Below are positions 44,304 through 54,393 of a stretch of DNA of 64,000 nt, piece after piece; position 1 is the first letter of the stretch; each line of letters begins with the position of its first letter. The DNA comes from Longimicrobiales bacterium. Its GTDB lineage: Bacteria > Gemmatimonadota > Gemmatimonadetes > Longimicrobiales > Gaopeijiaceae. The stretch spans positions 512,001 through 576,000 of the forward strand of contig CBDDCX010000008.1 in assembly GCA_965226375.1 (NCBI GenBank), read 5' to 3'. The notes under the pieces are model-generated. The model ran no database searches and was not told the origin of the DNA. It saw nothing but the letters and a program-made list of their open reading frames with translations. Position numbers and translations under genes: made by a program.

Positions 44304-45370
44304 ATGGGGTATTGCCTTAAGTCCACCGCCCACTACATGTTGTGGTCATGGCGGTTCCGGCTTCTCAGCTCCGTGGCGGCGTGGACTATCCCCGTACGCG
44401 GCTGGAGTTGGACGAGTTCTTCCCCGACGATGCGGCATGCCTGGAGTACGTGGAGGGTCTGCGCTGGCCGGAAGGGTTTGTGTGCGTGGGCTGTGGCGGG
44501 TTGGGAGAGGTCTGGCGAGCATCGCGGGGGCGTCTCGTCTGCCCACACTGTCGAAGGCAGACCTCGGTGCTGGCGGGAACCGTGTTCCACCGCACGCGCT
44601 CGCCCCTGCGTCTGTGGTTTCTCGCTGCCTGGGAGCTCACGAGCCAGAAATACGGAGCCAATGCTCTCGGGCTCCAGCGCGTGCTCGGACTGGGAAGCTA
44701 CAAGACAGCGTGGGTCTGGCTCCACAAGCTCCGCCGGGCCATGGTCCGACCGGATCGCGACCAGCTGAGCGGCGTTGTGCAAGTGGACGAGAGCTATGTC
44801 GGGGGCGTGGAGGCTGGAGTGCGGGGCCGCGAGACGATCAAGAAGGCCATCGTCGCGATCGCCGCCGAGGTCGACGGACGCAAGATCGGGAGAATACGGC
44901 TGCGTTGGGTGCCCGACCTCTCCGCTCCGGTTCTGCGAGGCTTCGTCAAGGATAGCATCGCACCGGCAAGCACGGTGCATACCGACGGATGGCCAAGCTA
45001 TCAGGGACTCGCCAAACTGGGCTTTCGCCACACGGTCACGAACCTCTCGACCTCCGGCGATCCCGCTCACGTGCTCATGTCGGCCGTACATCGGGTGGCG
45101 TCTCTCCTCAAGCGCTGGGTCCTCGGAACCCTCCAAGGAGGGATCGCCCGCGAACACCTCCCCTACTATCTGGACGAGTTCACCTTTCGCTTCAACCGAC
45201 GCACATCCCGGGCTCGCGGCCTGTTGTTCTACCGCTTGCTTGAGCAGGCTGTTCAGTGTGCTCCCACGCCAGCTTCGGCCCTTTACCTCGGCACCGGACG
45301 TGGGAAACGGCCCGCAGAGCCCCGGTAACCACTATATCTTGGGGTCGGTGGACTTAAGGGAATACCCCCT
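44304..45370 (+). mobile_element. IS1595-family element, copy 1 (1067 bp)
   Basis: Terminal IRs ATGGGGTATTGCCTTAAGTCCACCG / CGGTGGACTTAAGGGAATACCCCCT; 9-bp TSD TTGGCCCAG. Confidence 0.95.
44342..45328 (+). CDS. IS1595-family transposase (ISSod11-like)
   Basis: Zn ribbon CVGC/CPHC, VDESYVGG, TDGW.SY, VHRVASLLKRW, YLDEF.FRFNRR. Confidence 0.92.
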   Translation: MVMAVPASQLRGGVDYPRTRLELDEFFPDDAACLEYVEGLRWPEGFVCVGCGGLGEVWRASRGRLVCPHCRRQTSVLAGTVFHRTRSPLRLWFLAAWELTSQKYGANALGLQRVLGLGSYKTAWVWLHKLRRAMVRPDRDQLSGVVQVDESYVGGVEAGVRGRETIKKAIVAIAAEVDGRKIGRIRLRWVPDLSAPVLRGFVKDSIAPASTVHTDGWPSYQGLAKLGFRHTVTNLSTSGDPAHVLMSAVHRVASLLKRWVLGTLQGGIAREHLPYYLDEFTFRFNRRTSRARGLLFYRLLEQAVQCAPTPASALYLGTGRGKRPAEPR

Positions 45371-45812
45371 TTGGCCCAGAAGGGCGTCGGTCCGAGGCGG
45401 AGGCACAGCGATCGTCTCCGGCATAGGTGCCTCACGCTTCTCACGGGTCTCAGCGCGCCTCACGGCCTGGAGCGCCGAGTTCACCGCGATACGGTGGAGC
45501 CACGTGGAAAAACGTGAGTCTCCTCGGAAGGTGGGAAGAGCACGGATCGCTCTGATCCACGCTTCCTGAGCGTAGTCGTGTGCCAGATCGTCATCGGCCG
45601 CAATTCGGCGGACGACTGCATAGACCCGAGGGGAATACCGCTCATACAGCGAGCGAACGGCCTGGCCATCCCCCTGGACGGCTTTTCGTATCAGCTGAGC
45701 TTCGTTCATGCCTTCAAAGCTTGGAGGTGCACCTCTAACGGTCTGTGCCTTTGACGTTGGCACCGAGCTCTAGGGTTGCCCGAAAGGTGTGGGTTGGCAT
45801 ACGGTGCCGTCC

Positions 45813-46535
45813 ATGATCGAGTTCCAGGGCCTCACCAAAACGTATGGCCGCCTCAAGGCGGTCGACCGACTTTCTCTGCGCGTCGAGCCTGGAGAAGTAT
45901 ACGCCCTACTCGGCCCCAACGGAGCAGGAAAGACCACGGCGCTCCGCTGTTTGGCTTCCCTGATCGTTCCCACTTCCGGCACGGCGTCCGTGGGTGACGC
46001 CGATGTCGAGCGCGAACCTCTCGAGGTGCGCAAGCGCATAGGATTCCTGGCAGCGTCCATGGGGCTATATGAGCGGCTCACACCGGTGGAGTTGCTCACC
46101 TACTTCGGTCGCCTACACGGGGTCGGCGAGCCGGAGCTCGAACGTCGCGTGTCCCGGCTCGTGGAGATCTTCGGAATCGCGGACTTCTCGAACCAGCGCT
46201 GTGGTACGCTTTCCACCGGTCAGCGGCAGCGGGTCTCTGTTGCACGGGCCCTCGTTCACGATCCTCCGGCCCTGATTCTGGATGAACCGACCATGGGCCT
46301 GGACGTGCTGAGTGGTGAGGTGATCTACCGCTTCATCGAGAAGGAGAGGGAGCGAGGCAAGGCGATACTCTTCTCGACCCACCAGATGGCCGAGGTAGAG
46401 CTCCTCGCCGACCGAATCGGGGTGTTGAGCGCCGGGCGTCTGGTCGCCGAGGGCACTCCGGCTTCGCTCATCGAGCAGACAGGGCAGACGAGCCTCGCCC
46501 GGGCCTTCTTGTCGCTGGTGGAGGAGCGGACGTGA
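45813..46535 (+). CDS. ABC transporter ATPase (NatA-like)
   Basis: GPNGAGKTT, LSTGQRQR, LDEPT.GLDV. Confidence 0.88.
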   Translation: MIEFQGLTKTYGRLKAVDRLSLRVEPGEVYALLGPNGAGKTTALRCLASLIVPTSGTASVGDADVEREPLEVRKRIGFLAASMGLYERLTPVELLTYFGRLHGVGEPELERRVSRLVEIFGIADFSNQRCGTLSTGQRQRVSVARALVHDPPALILDEPTMGLDVLSGEVIYRFIEKERERGKAILFSTHQMAEVELLADRIGVLSAGRLVAEGTPASLIEQTGQTSLARAFLSLVEERT

Positions 46536-48613
46536 ACATCGCTTGGGTCGTGTTCCAAAAGGAGCTGCGGGAGACGCTGAGAGATCGGCGCACCCTCATG
46601 ATGATGGTGGCCGTGCCGGTGCTCCTCTATCCCATCCTCATGATCTCCGCTGAGCAGCTCACGCTCATGGGAATGCGACAGCTCGAGGCCGAGCCTTCCT
46701 TGATTGGTGTGTCTGGGCCGGATGCCGGGACGGCCCGGGAATATCTCGACGGACTCGAGGATCTGACGGTGCTCGAGGTGACCGATCCGGTAGAGGCCGT
46801 CCGATCCGACTCGGTGCACGCGGTGGTGTTGTTCGCGGCATCACCGGTGACCGATTCGACCCGGAGGGTCACGATTGTCTACGACGCCGCCGACGAGCGC
46901 TCCCAGCGGGCCCGCGGACTGTTGGCTCGGGCATTACGGGATTGGGGGGACACGCTCGTCGCCGGCCGTTTGTTGGAGCGCGGTCTGCCGAGCGGGTTCG
47001 CGCAACCTCTGTCGGTGGCGGATTCGTCCGTCGCCCGGGCCGAGGAGCTCGGTGGGTACGCGCTGGGGCGATTCCTTCCCATGCTACTGATCCTGATGAC
47101 GTTGCTCGGCACCTTCTATCCCGCAATCGATCTGGCGGCGGGCGAGAAGGAGCGTGGCACCCTCGAGACGCTTCTCACCGCACCCGTTCCGGCGCGTGAC
47201 ATCGTCGCCGGAAAGTTTCTCACGGTCGCCCTCATCGGAATCGTCGCGGCGGCTCTCAACCTGGCCAGCATGCTTCTCACTTTTCAGACTGGCCTCTTTC
47301 AACTGGGCGACGCCTTCGACATCGACTTCGCGCTCCCCCTAGGGGCCGTCGCCATCATCTTCGTGACCTTGGTGCCCCTTGCGGTCCTGTTCGGGTCGCT
47401 GTTCTTGGGAGTGGCGCTCCGTTCGAGATCCTTCAAAGAAGCCCAGAATGCTCTGACGCCCATCTATCTGGCGGTCATCATCCCGGCGTTACTTCCGGTC
47501 TTTCCCGGAATCGACTTCACGGTTGCCCTGGCGGCCGTGCCAGTGGCGGGGGTCGGGCTGTTCTTTCGGGAGTTGATGGCGGGTAGCCCGGCCGTAGTTC
47601 CATCTCTCGTAGCGGTGGCGACGACCCTACTGTGGGCCTGGGCGGCCCTGGCTTTTGCGGCGGTGTCGTTCGGTAGGGAACAGGTGCTGTTCGGCGAGGG
47701 CGACGGGAGGGTCGAGGCCGGGAGCCGAGGCCTCAGGGCGCAACTCCGGGCTTGGATCGGTCCCCGCGGTGCCACCCCGCAGCCGGTCCACGCTCTGGTC
47801 TTCATTCTGGTCGTCGGCGCGATTTTCTTCTACCTGGGTTTTCCGCTCCAGGCGCGATTGGGCGAGACGGGCCTGTTCCTCTCCGAGTGGTTGCTGCTAC
47901 TCACCCCTGCGGTGCTGTTCGTTGCGCTGGCGGGTTTCGACGCCCGTGCGACGCTGTCCCTGCGACGACCCAGGGGTCGACAGTTGGGGGCGGCGCTACT
48001 CCTCATTGCCGGCGCCATGCCACTCGGTTGGTTTCTGGCGTGGATACAGGGCTTCGTGATCCCGATTCCCTGGGAGCTGTTGGAAGGGCTCGATGAGCTG
48101 CTCACGGCGGAGAGTACGCCCAGACTCTTGTGGTTGCTCGTGATCTTCGCGGTCACACCCGCGCTCTGCGAGGAGTTCGTCTTCAGGGGGGTCTTTCTCG
48201 GCGGAACCCGCGGGAACGGGTCGGTCATCCGGGTCGCCCTCCTCAACGGACTGGTGTTCGGCGTCTTCCACGTCTCGTTCGAGTCGGTCTTTCGGTTTCT
48301 TCCCACGGCCTGGCTGGGGGTCGTGCTGGCCTGGGCCGTCCTTACGACTTCATCCATCTGGGTCGGGGTGCTCATGCACTTTGTCAATAATGGTGCGATT
48401 GTGCTGATCGTCTCCGTGCCGGCACTCCGCGCCTGGTTCGAGGCCGGGGGTGACGCTCCCCCGTGGCTACTGCTCCCCCCCGCCGTGATATCCATGGGCT
48501 TGGGCGTGAGGCTGCTCCGAGATGGCGAGAACAAGGGCGACCCGGGGTTTCCAGCGGAACCGGGTGTCCTATCTTCATCGCGTGAACCCACCTCTACACT
48601 GAGAGATAGATGA
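46532..48613 (+). CDS. NatB-like ABC permease fused to a CPBP (CAAX/Abi) intramembrane protease
   Basis: KELR..LRDRRTL, AGEKERGTLETLL; C-terminal EEFVFRG, FGVFH, H.VNN. Confidence 0.85.
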   Translation: MNIAWVVFQKELRETLRDRRTLMMMVAVPVLLYPILMISAEQLTLMGMRQLEAEPSLIGVSGPDAGTAREYLDGLEDLTVLEVTDPVEAVRSDSVHAVVLFAASPVTDSTRRVTIVYDAADERSQRARGLLARALRDWGDTLVAGRLLERGLPSGFAQPLSVADSSVARAEELGGYALGRFLPMLLILMTLLGTFYPAIDLAAGEKERGTLETLLTAPVPARDIVAGKFLTVALIGIVAAALNLASMLLTFQTGLFQLGDAFDIDFALPLGAVAIIFVTLVPLAVLFGSLFLGVALRSRSFKEAQNALTPIYLAVIIPALLPVFPGIDFTVALAAVPVAGVGLFFRELMAGSPAVVPSLVAVATTLLWAWAALAFAAVSFGREQVLFGEGDGRVEAGSRGLRAQLRAWIGPRGATPQPVHALVFILVVGAIFFYLGFPLQARLGETGLFLSEWLLLLTPAVLFVALAGFDARATLSLRRPRGRQLGAALLLIAGAMPLGWFLAWIQGFVIPIPWELLEGLDELLTAESTPRLLWLLVIFAVTPALCEEFVFRGVFLGGTRGNGSVIRVALLNGLVFGVFHVSFESVFRFLPTAWLGVVLAWAVLTTSSIWVGVLMHFVNNGAIVLIVSVPALRAWFEAGGDAPPWLLLPPAVISMGLGVRLLRDGENKGDPGFPAEPGVLSSSREPTSTLRDR

Positions 48614-49800
48614 GCGACCCATCAAGGCCCCTGGCCGGTGCCACCCACCTCGAATGCACCGCCACCGGGGAGACCGTTGAAAGTGAGGCCCTTCACGGCC
48701 TTTCCAGGGCTGGTAAGCCCTACTTCGCCCGTTACGACCTCGACTCCCTGCGGTCCGAGTTTCAGCCCTCTCACCTGCCGACGCGGCGTGCCGATCTCTG
48801 GCGTTATGAAGAAGTCCTGCCCGTCCGTGATCGGGCCTTTCAGGTCAGCTTGGGGGAGGGGTGGACTCCTCTCCTGGACGCTCCCCGCCTCGCCTCTCGG
48901 ATGGGTGTGGGACGGATTTGGGTGAAGGACGAGGGGCAGAACCCGACGGGTAGCTTCAAGGATCGAGGCCTTTGTCTGGCCGTTTCGAGGGCGAAAGAAC
49001 TCGGGGCCACGGAACTGGCGCTGCCGTCGGCGGGCAACGCAGGTGGGGCTGCCGCTGCATACGGCGCGGCGGCCGGTCTTCCGGTCCACGTTGTCGTGCC
49101 CATGGACACCCCCGCCCCCATCCTGGCCGAGATGAGGGCGCTCGGCGCCGATCTCCAGCTTCTGGACGGGTTGATTACCGACTGCGGCAAGGTGGTGAAG
49201 CAGGGTGTAGAGGAGCACGGCTGGTTCGATCTCTCCACGCTCAAGGAGCCGTACCGGGTGGAGGGCAAGAAGACCATGGGTTACGAGATCTTCGAGCAGC
49301 TCGGGGGACGTCTTCCGGACGGCATCGTGTATCCCACGGGCGGGGGGACGGGCCTCATCGGTATGTGGAAGGCCTTCGACGAGATGGAGCGTCTCGGCTG
49401 GATCGGGTCGGAGCGCCCCAAGATGTTCTCGGTTCAGGCCGAGGGGTGTGCGCCCATGGTTCGCGCCTGGGAGAGTGGCGCCACCGAGGCGGAGATGTGG
49501 CAAGACGCTACGACCTACGCGTCGGGCCTCAGAGTTCCCGGTGCGGTCGGTGACTTCCTGATACTGGGGGCTGTACGAGAGTCAGGAGGGGCGGCCGTCG
49601 CGATTCCGGATCAGGACATGGCGGACTGGGTGGGCTTTCTAGGACAGGACACCGGCATATTCGCCGCCCCCGAGGGTGGGGCCGTAGCGGCCGCGGTTCC
49701 GGCGCTCCTGGAGATGGGGGCGCTGGACTCCGAGGATGAGGTCGTGCTGTTCAATACGGGAAGCGGACTGAAGTATGTCGGGATGTCCCCCGTCTCCTGA
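48610..49800 (+). CDS. thrC: Threonine synthase-family PLP enzyme
   Basis: SLGEG.TPL, NPTGSFKDRG, SAGNAG, EGKKT, PTGGG, NTGSGLKY. Confidence 0.85.
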   Translation: MSDPSRPLAGATHLECTATGETVESEALHGLSRAGKPYFARYDLDSLRSEFQPSHLPTRRADLWRYEEVLPVRDRAFQVSLGEGWTPLLDAPRLASRMGVGRIWVKDEGQNPTGSFKDRGLCLAVSRAKELGATELALPSAGNAGGAAAAYGAAAGLPVHVVVPMDTPAPILAEMRALGADLQLLDGLITDCGKVVKQGVEEHGWFDLSTLKEPYRVEGKKTMGYEIFEQLGGRLPDGIVYPTGGGTGLIGMWKAFDEMERLGWIGSERPKMFSVQAEGCAPMVRAWESGATEAEMWQDATTYASGLRVPGAVGDFLILGAVRESGGAAVAIPDQDMADWVGFLGQDTGIFAAPEGGAVAAAVPALLEMGALDSEDEVVLFNTGSGLKYVGMSPVS

Positions 49801-49805
49801 CCATC

Positions 49806-50057
49806 ATGCGCTTCGCCTGGCCGGCACTCTGGTTCCTCCTCGGTGGCCTCGTGGTCTACGCCTGGGTCTCGATGCGGCTCAAGATCCGGAAAGCGCTGGA
49901 GGTGCCCCTGCCCAATCTTGACGATGAGGCGGTTCGTCGAATCGAAGAGATGGGCACGCTGGTCACCGACGACCCGCCGCCGCTCGACCTGGAACAGATC
50001 CGTGAAAAGGAGGACGAGTTCTGGGAGCAGACCTGGGATGAGGCCGAAGAACTCTAG
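49806..50057 (+). CDS. Small membrane-anchored acidic protein
   Basis: 83 aa, N-terminal TM, acidic Trp-containing tail; 5 nt after thrC. Confidence 0.6.
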   Translation: MRFAWPALWFLLGGLVVYAWVSMRLKIRKALEVPLPNLDDEAVRRIEEMGTLVTDDPPPLDLEQIREKEDEFWEQTWDEAEEL

Positions 50058-50064
50058 AAGAACT

Positions 50065-50640
50065 CTAGGGCTTTGCCCGATAGTAGAAGCCCGGGAGGGG
50101 GATCGGCCGATGGCTGATGGGAGTGTCGTCCAACGGATCCCCGCGTTGTATCAAAAGACCCTCATTGAGGGCTAGGCTTGCGCCGAGGAAGTGATCTCCA
50201 GCCAGATTCCAGTCGGCCCCCAACGGAATTCTGAGGAGAAGCGTCTTACCGGTTCGCTGCGTCGGATCCTCCGGTGAAGCCGCAAGGCCCCAGAGTCCGA
50301 TGCCCAGGAAGGGCTGCAGGTCCCCGCCGCCGAAATACTGCTTTCCGGTGACCGCCAGGCTCACGTCTTTGAAGCTGAACGTGGCCAGGTTCGTGTCTAT
50401 ACTCCGATCACCCCACCGGAACTCGAAGGAGAGCCCCACCAGCCCGATTCCTCCTGCAGTGACGCCAATGCGGAACTCCATGTCGTCGTTCCCTGCCGAC
50501 GACTGGGCTCGGACGGGCGACGGTGCGAGTGCCAGAAGGCCCGAAGCGGTCGAGAGTAGGAGGAGTCGCCCAATACTCCCGGACGAATGCCGAGAAGAGC
50601 GGAGGCGATCGGGGGGGGCGGAAGAGAAGCGAGAACTCAT
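50065..50640 (-). CDS. Secreted or small beta-barrel hypothetical protein
   Basis: Signal peptide (VRA-Q) and amphipathic strands. Confidence 0.6.
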   Translation of the reverse strand: MSSRFSSAPPDRLRSSRHSSGSIGRLLLLSTASGLLALAPSPVRAQSSAGNDDMEFRIGVTAGGIGLVGLSFEFRWGDRSIDTNLATFSFKDVSLAVTGKQYFGGGDLQPFLGIGLWGLAASPEDPTQRTGKTLLLRIPLGADWNLAGDHFLGASLALNEGLLIQRGDPLDDTPISHRPIPLPGFYYRAKP

Positions 50641-50774
50641 GGAGCCGGAGTATAGAGTAATCGATCATGGGGGGCTATCCTGTTGGCCCTGTTGCGAGTG
50701 ACTCCCGTGGGGCTTGGGGATAAACGAATTTACGCGCGAGGAGCCGGCCGGTGGAGGATGGTGGGGCACGAAGG

Positions 50775-51695
50775 GTGACGAATTACCTGCGGCTGCCGGC
50801 TCTGGGTCTCTCGATGATCGTCGTGGCGTCGTCGTGTGCTCCTCCGGACCGGCCGGTGCGGTCGGTCGAGCGGCTCCCTCAGGCTCTGTTGACCTATCTC
50901 GAGCCTGACACGGTACGAAGTCGTTTCGTTCAGGACGGGCTCGACTACCACTACGTCTGGTCGCCCAAGGGCCCATGGGCGGTTCACCTGTTGAAGCTCG
51001 ACCTGGAGCGCTGCGATCTTGGACTGGCCGTGCTCCCGGCTGGTTATGAGGAGCCGCCCGACCCGGGCCTCGCCACCGTCTCGGTGTTGGTGGAATCCGG
51101 CCATGATGGGATTATCGCGGCTGTAAACGGAGACTTCTTCACACCAGAAGGACAGCCGTTGGGGCCCGAGGTCGCGAATGGCCTGCTCCTGCGGTCCCGT
51201 CCACGCCCTGCCTTTTCCTGGAGACCCGGTAACGATCCTTGGATCGGAATGAGCCGTGTAGGAGAGGCAGGGGGGCTGCAGGCGGGGTTCTGGATCTCTG
51301 GTGACCCGAACTTGCACGCTCAGGTGGTGGGTGGATTCCCAGAGCTGCTGGATGAGGGTCACCACGTCGCGGCGGCCGCGCTCGACCCCACGCAGAGTTT
51401 TGCGGCGTTTCGTCATCCTCGCACCGCCATTGGGTATGACCCGGAGGCTCGTCGACTGTGGCTCTTGGTCGTTGACGGAAGGCAGGGCGCTTACTCGTCC
51501 GGGATGACGTTGGTCGAGCTTACCGAGGCCCTGTCGGCCGTGGGCGCCACCGAGGCCCTCAACCTCGATGGTGGTGGCTCGTCCATAATGGTCGTGGGGG
51601 ACAGAGTCCTCAGTCACCCGTCGGATGAAGATGGCGAGCGGAGCGTTCGAAATGCCTTGGCCGTGGTCGTCGCTCCGGAGTATTGCAGCCGTTAA
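50775..51695 (+). CDS. Phosphodiester glycosidase-family (NAGPA/DUF2233) lipoprotein
   Basis: AAVNGDFF, RHPRTAIG, VVDGR, ALNLDGGGSS, ERSV.NAL. Confidence 0.88.
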   Translation: MTNYLRLPALGLSMIVVASSCAPPDRPVRSVERLPQALLTYLEPDTVRSRFVQDGLDYHYVWSPKGPWAVHLLKLDLERCDLGLAVLPAGYEEPPDPGLATVSVLVESGHDGIIAAVNGDFFTPEGQPLGPEVANGLLLRSRPRPAFSWRPGNDPWIGMSRVGEAGGLQAGFWISGDPNLHAQVVGGFPELLDEGHHVAAAALDPTQSFAAFRHPRTAIGYDPEARRLWLLVVDGRQGAYSSGMTLVELTEALSAVGATEALNLDGGGSSIMVVGDRVLSHPSDEDGERSVRNALAVVVAPEYCSR

Positions 51696-51725
51696 CGTAG
51701 TGCCGCAGGACTTCCACGAACTACC

Positions 51726-53837
51726 CTAGAACGCCGCGCTGATCCCCGCGAAGAAGGCTCTACCCGGCCCGGGCTCGTAGTACCGCCCGCCGAACGCGTT
51801 CACCGCGACGGCCGCGGCGTATGTCTTGTCGAAGAGGTTGGCGACCCCGACGAACGGCGAGACCTCCATACGGCCGACCCGAGCGGCGGCAAAGCCGGTG
51901 CGTGCCTCCCAAAGCGAATAGGCGCTCGCGTACTCACTGTTCGAGTCGTTCACCGCAATGCTGCCGACGTAATCCCCCCTCACCTCGCTGAACCAGGGAC
52001 CGCGTGTCAGCCTCAGGGACCCATCCAGACGGTGTCTGGTCAGTCCGGGGATGTCGTTGCCGTCGAACACCTCACCATCCACCACGAAGTCGGTGAAGGT
52101 CGCGTCGACGTAGGTGTAGGTGAGCTGAGCCTGGACCCCCTCCGGAAGGACCGCGCGCACCGATCCCTCGAAGCCTTGGTACTTGGACGATCCGCTGTTC
52201 CGGAAGAACGTGCGGCCCGGCTGGGTCTCGTCTTCGAAGGGCACGAGCTCGTCCGTACTCTCCGTGACGAAGATGCTGGCCTCGTAGGACACTCGGTTAC
52301 GGAGCTGCCCCCTCAGGCCCAGCTCTCCACTCACACCTCGCTGGGGATCCAAATCGGGATTGAACCCACCTCCGCCATCGGGGCGATTGACCAGCTCCGT
52401 GGTGGACGGCGTGTCGAGGGACGTGGCCACATTGCCAAAGAGCACGAGTTCCGGGCGGATCTCCACGAACAGGCCCAAGGTGGGGCTCAGGGCGTCCATG
52501 GTTCGTACACCCGATTCGTCGGGGTCCTCGGGGGTGATCAGGTGATCCTCAGCCTCGAACTGGAAGCGATCATAACGAAGTCCACCCATGGCCCAGAGCC
52601 GGGCGGAGAGGGGTGCCCGCACCTGGGCGAAGAGACCGGTCGCCGAGACGGTCTCGAACTGATCCAGCGTGAGTGTTCCCCTGCTGCCGCCGTCGTTTTC
52701 GAAGTTCAGGCGGTTGTCACGCTGAAGGTCCAGATCGATCCCCACCGTCCACGTGAGGTCACCGGAGTTGCCGGGGGTTTGCGTGGTGATCGCGGCGCGG
52801 GCGCCGAAGGCCGTTCGCTCCAGGTCGATGATCCTTGGCGGGATGGGGTTATCCATGTTCCGGAACAGGCCCCACCCCGAAAACTGAGCGCTCACTCCAC
52901 CCAAGGGACCGGACCAGGCGACTCCCAACTGTCCCTGGTGGACTGCCTTGCTAGAACCCTGCTTCACATTGAACGATCGTGCCGTCAGCACGCCCGCCTC
53001 CAAGTCATCCTGATTGAGTTGCCCGGCGTTCTCCCCGTCGAGGTCGAAGAAATTGCCCGTTATCCGCAAGGATCCCCCGGCGAGCTCGGTTCGCACCTGC
53101 GCATTGGTGTTTAGGCGATCGGCCCCACCGAAGAGGTCGGACGGATCGTCCGGGTGTGTTCGGAAGCCGTCGTAGGAGAGATGGGCCAGGTTGACAAGGT
53201 ATGCGGCTCTACCCGCGGTTCCGGACGTCGTGCTCTGTAGTCGTACCAGGCCGTCGTTCCCGAAGACGCCTTTGGCTTCTTGGCGGATAGGCACCTCGGG
53301 CGGCTGCGCTGTCTCGAAGCTCAGGACGCCTCCTCCTCCGTTCCCGTACATGGCCGAGGCGGGACCGCGCAGGATCTCTGCTCGGCCTAGAGACCCGATG
53401 TCGAGGTGGTCCAGAGTGGACTGCCCGTCCGCCAGGGTCGCTGGAATCCCGTCGACCAGCACCTTTAGGCCGCGCACCCCGAACTGGGCTCGAGCCCCGG
53501 CGCCCCTAATAGAGATCCGCTCGCCGACCGTGTAGTTGTAGCGGTTCTGGACCTGCACGCCCGGAATCCCCTGCAGGGCCTCTTCGAGTGAGAGGCCGGT
53601 GTTGCCGAGTTGGAGATTCCGTTGACTCTGCACGGAAACGGCGAAGGGGGTGCGCCCCAGCTCATCCGAACCGCGGGTTACCGTGACCAAGACGGAGTCG
53701 AGGGGGACGACGCTGTCAGGAAGCTCCTGTGCCCCTAGGCCAGAGGCGATCGAGGGCAGCACTATCAATGCGTTTACCAGGGCTCGAACACTTCTCTGAG
53801 CGGGAGTTCTCGATAGAGTAACCGACGTCGTCATCAT
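51726..53837 (-). CDS. TonB-dependent receptor
   Basis: TonB-box-like DSVLVT, ISIRG.G, EILRGP.SAMYG, NLFDK.Y, C-terminal Phe. Confidence 0.92.
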   Translation of the reverse strand: MMTTSVTLSRTPAQRSVRALVNALIVLPSIASGLGAQELPDSVVPLDSVLVTVTRGSDELGRTPFAVSVQSQRNLQLGNTGLSLEEALQGIPGVQVQNRYNYTVGERISIRGAGARAQFGVRGLKVLVDGIPATLADGQSTLDHLDIGSLGRAEILRGPASAMYGNGGGGVLSFETAQPPEVPIRQEAKGVFGNDGLVRLQSTTSGTAGRAAYLVNLAHLSYDGFRTHPDDPSDLFGGADRLNTNAQVRTELAGGSLRITGNFFDLDGENAGQLNQDDLEAGVLTARSFNVKQGSSKAVHQGQLGVAWSGPLGGVSAQFSGWGLFRNMDNPIPPRIIDLERTAFGARAAITTQTPGNSGDLTWTVGIDLDLQRDNRLNFENDGGSRGTLTLDQFETVSATGLFAQVRAPLSARLWAMGGLRYDRFQFEAEDHLITPEDPDESGVRTMDALSPTLGLFVEIRPELVLFGNVATSLDTPSTTELVNRPDGGGGFNPDLDPQRGVSGELGLRGQLRNRVSYEASIFVTESTDELVPFEDETQPGRTFFRNSGSSKYQGFEGSVRAVLPEGVQAQLTYTYVDATFTDFVVDGEVFDGNDIPGLTRHRLDGSLRLTRGPWFSEVRGDYVGSIAVNDSNSEYASAYSLWEARTGFAAARVGRMEVSPFVGVANLFDKTYAAAVAVNAFGGRYYEPGPGRAFFAGISAAF

Positions 53838-53928
53838 CACCCTTCTTGGAGTCACGGCTGGCAGAACCCTCACGATTAAGCCTCCCCAGCATATCCGTGT
53901 GCTGAGGGACCTACCAGGGGCGGGGTCT

Positions 53929-54393
53929 CTACTGTCGAGCCATCTTCCAGACTCCGAGGGCGTTGAACGTGACCACGTAGGCCGTCGCGCTTCCGCCCAC
54001 TGTGATCGTGCCGGTCCCCGTGAGCCCGCACTCCCTACAGACTCCACGCCCGGAGAAGCTGAGGCTGTCACCGGTGAATCCCATACTCATCGTCGCGATC
54101 TTGAAGTCCGTGCCTTCTCCCAGCTCCATGGTTCGCAGCGTGTCCGTAGAGGTCCGGATCATCAGGCTGCGATCGGTGGTGTTCACGACGAGGCTCACGG
54201 GCGATCGCCGTTGAATCGCAAACGCACGCGTGAGGGATACGTGCGTGCCGACCACACGAGCGGCTCGTTCGGGTCCGACGCGACCGAGGTACGCCCCGTA
54301 TTGTCCGGCGGCGACCGTGGTCATGACCGACAGGATCAGCATCACCATCAGCAATTCCACGAGCGTGAATCCGGCCTCCCTGTGCATTCGCAT
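53929..54393 (-). CDS. FimT/GspH-like minor pilin
   Basis: Prepilin site G|FTLVELL; GGAGG RBS 6 nt before ATG 54393. Confidence 0.85.
   Translation of the reverse strand: MRMHREAGFTLVELLMVMLILSVMTTVAAGQYGAYLGRVGPERAARVVGTHVSLTRAFAIQRRSPVSLVVNTTDRSLMIRTSTDTLRTMELGEGTDFKIATMSMGFTGDSLSFSGRGVCRECGLTGTGTITVGGSATAYVVTFNALGVWKMARQ

Larger units (their letters stand above)
44073..45709 (-). pseudogene. ECF sigma factor split by IS1595-family element
   Basis: Removing the IS and one 9-bp TSD gives a continuous 561-bp ORF (186 aa): ...RTDALLGQKLEWALDRLP... Confidence 0.92.

Noticed and set aside
44333..45157. 274-aa antisense ORF in each IS copy
   Set aside because: It recurs only because the IS copies are near-identical; no independent evidence of function.
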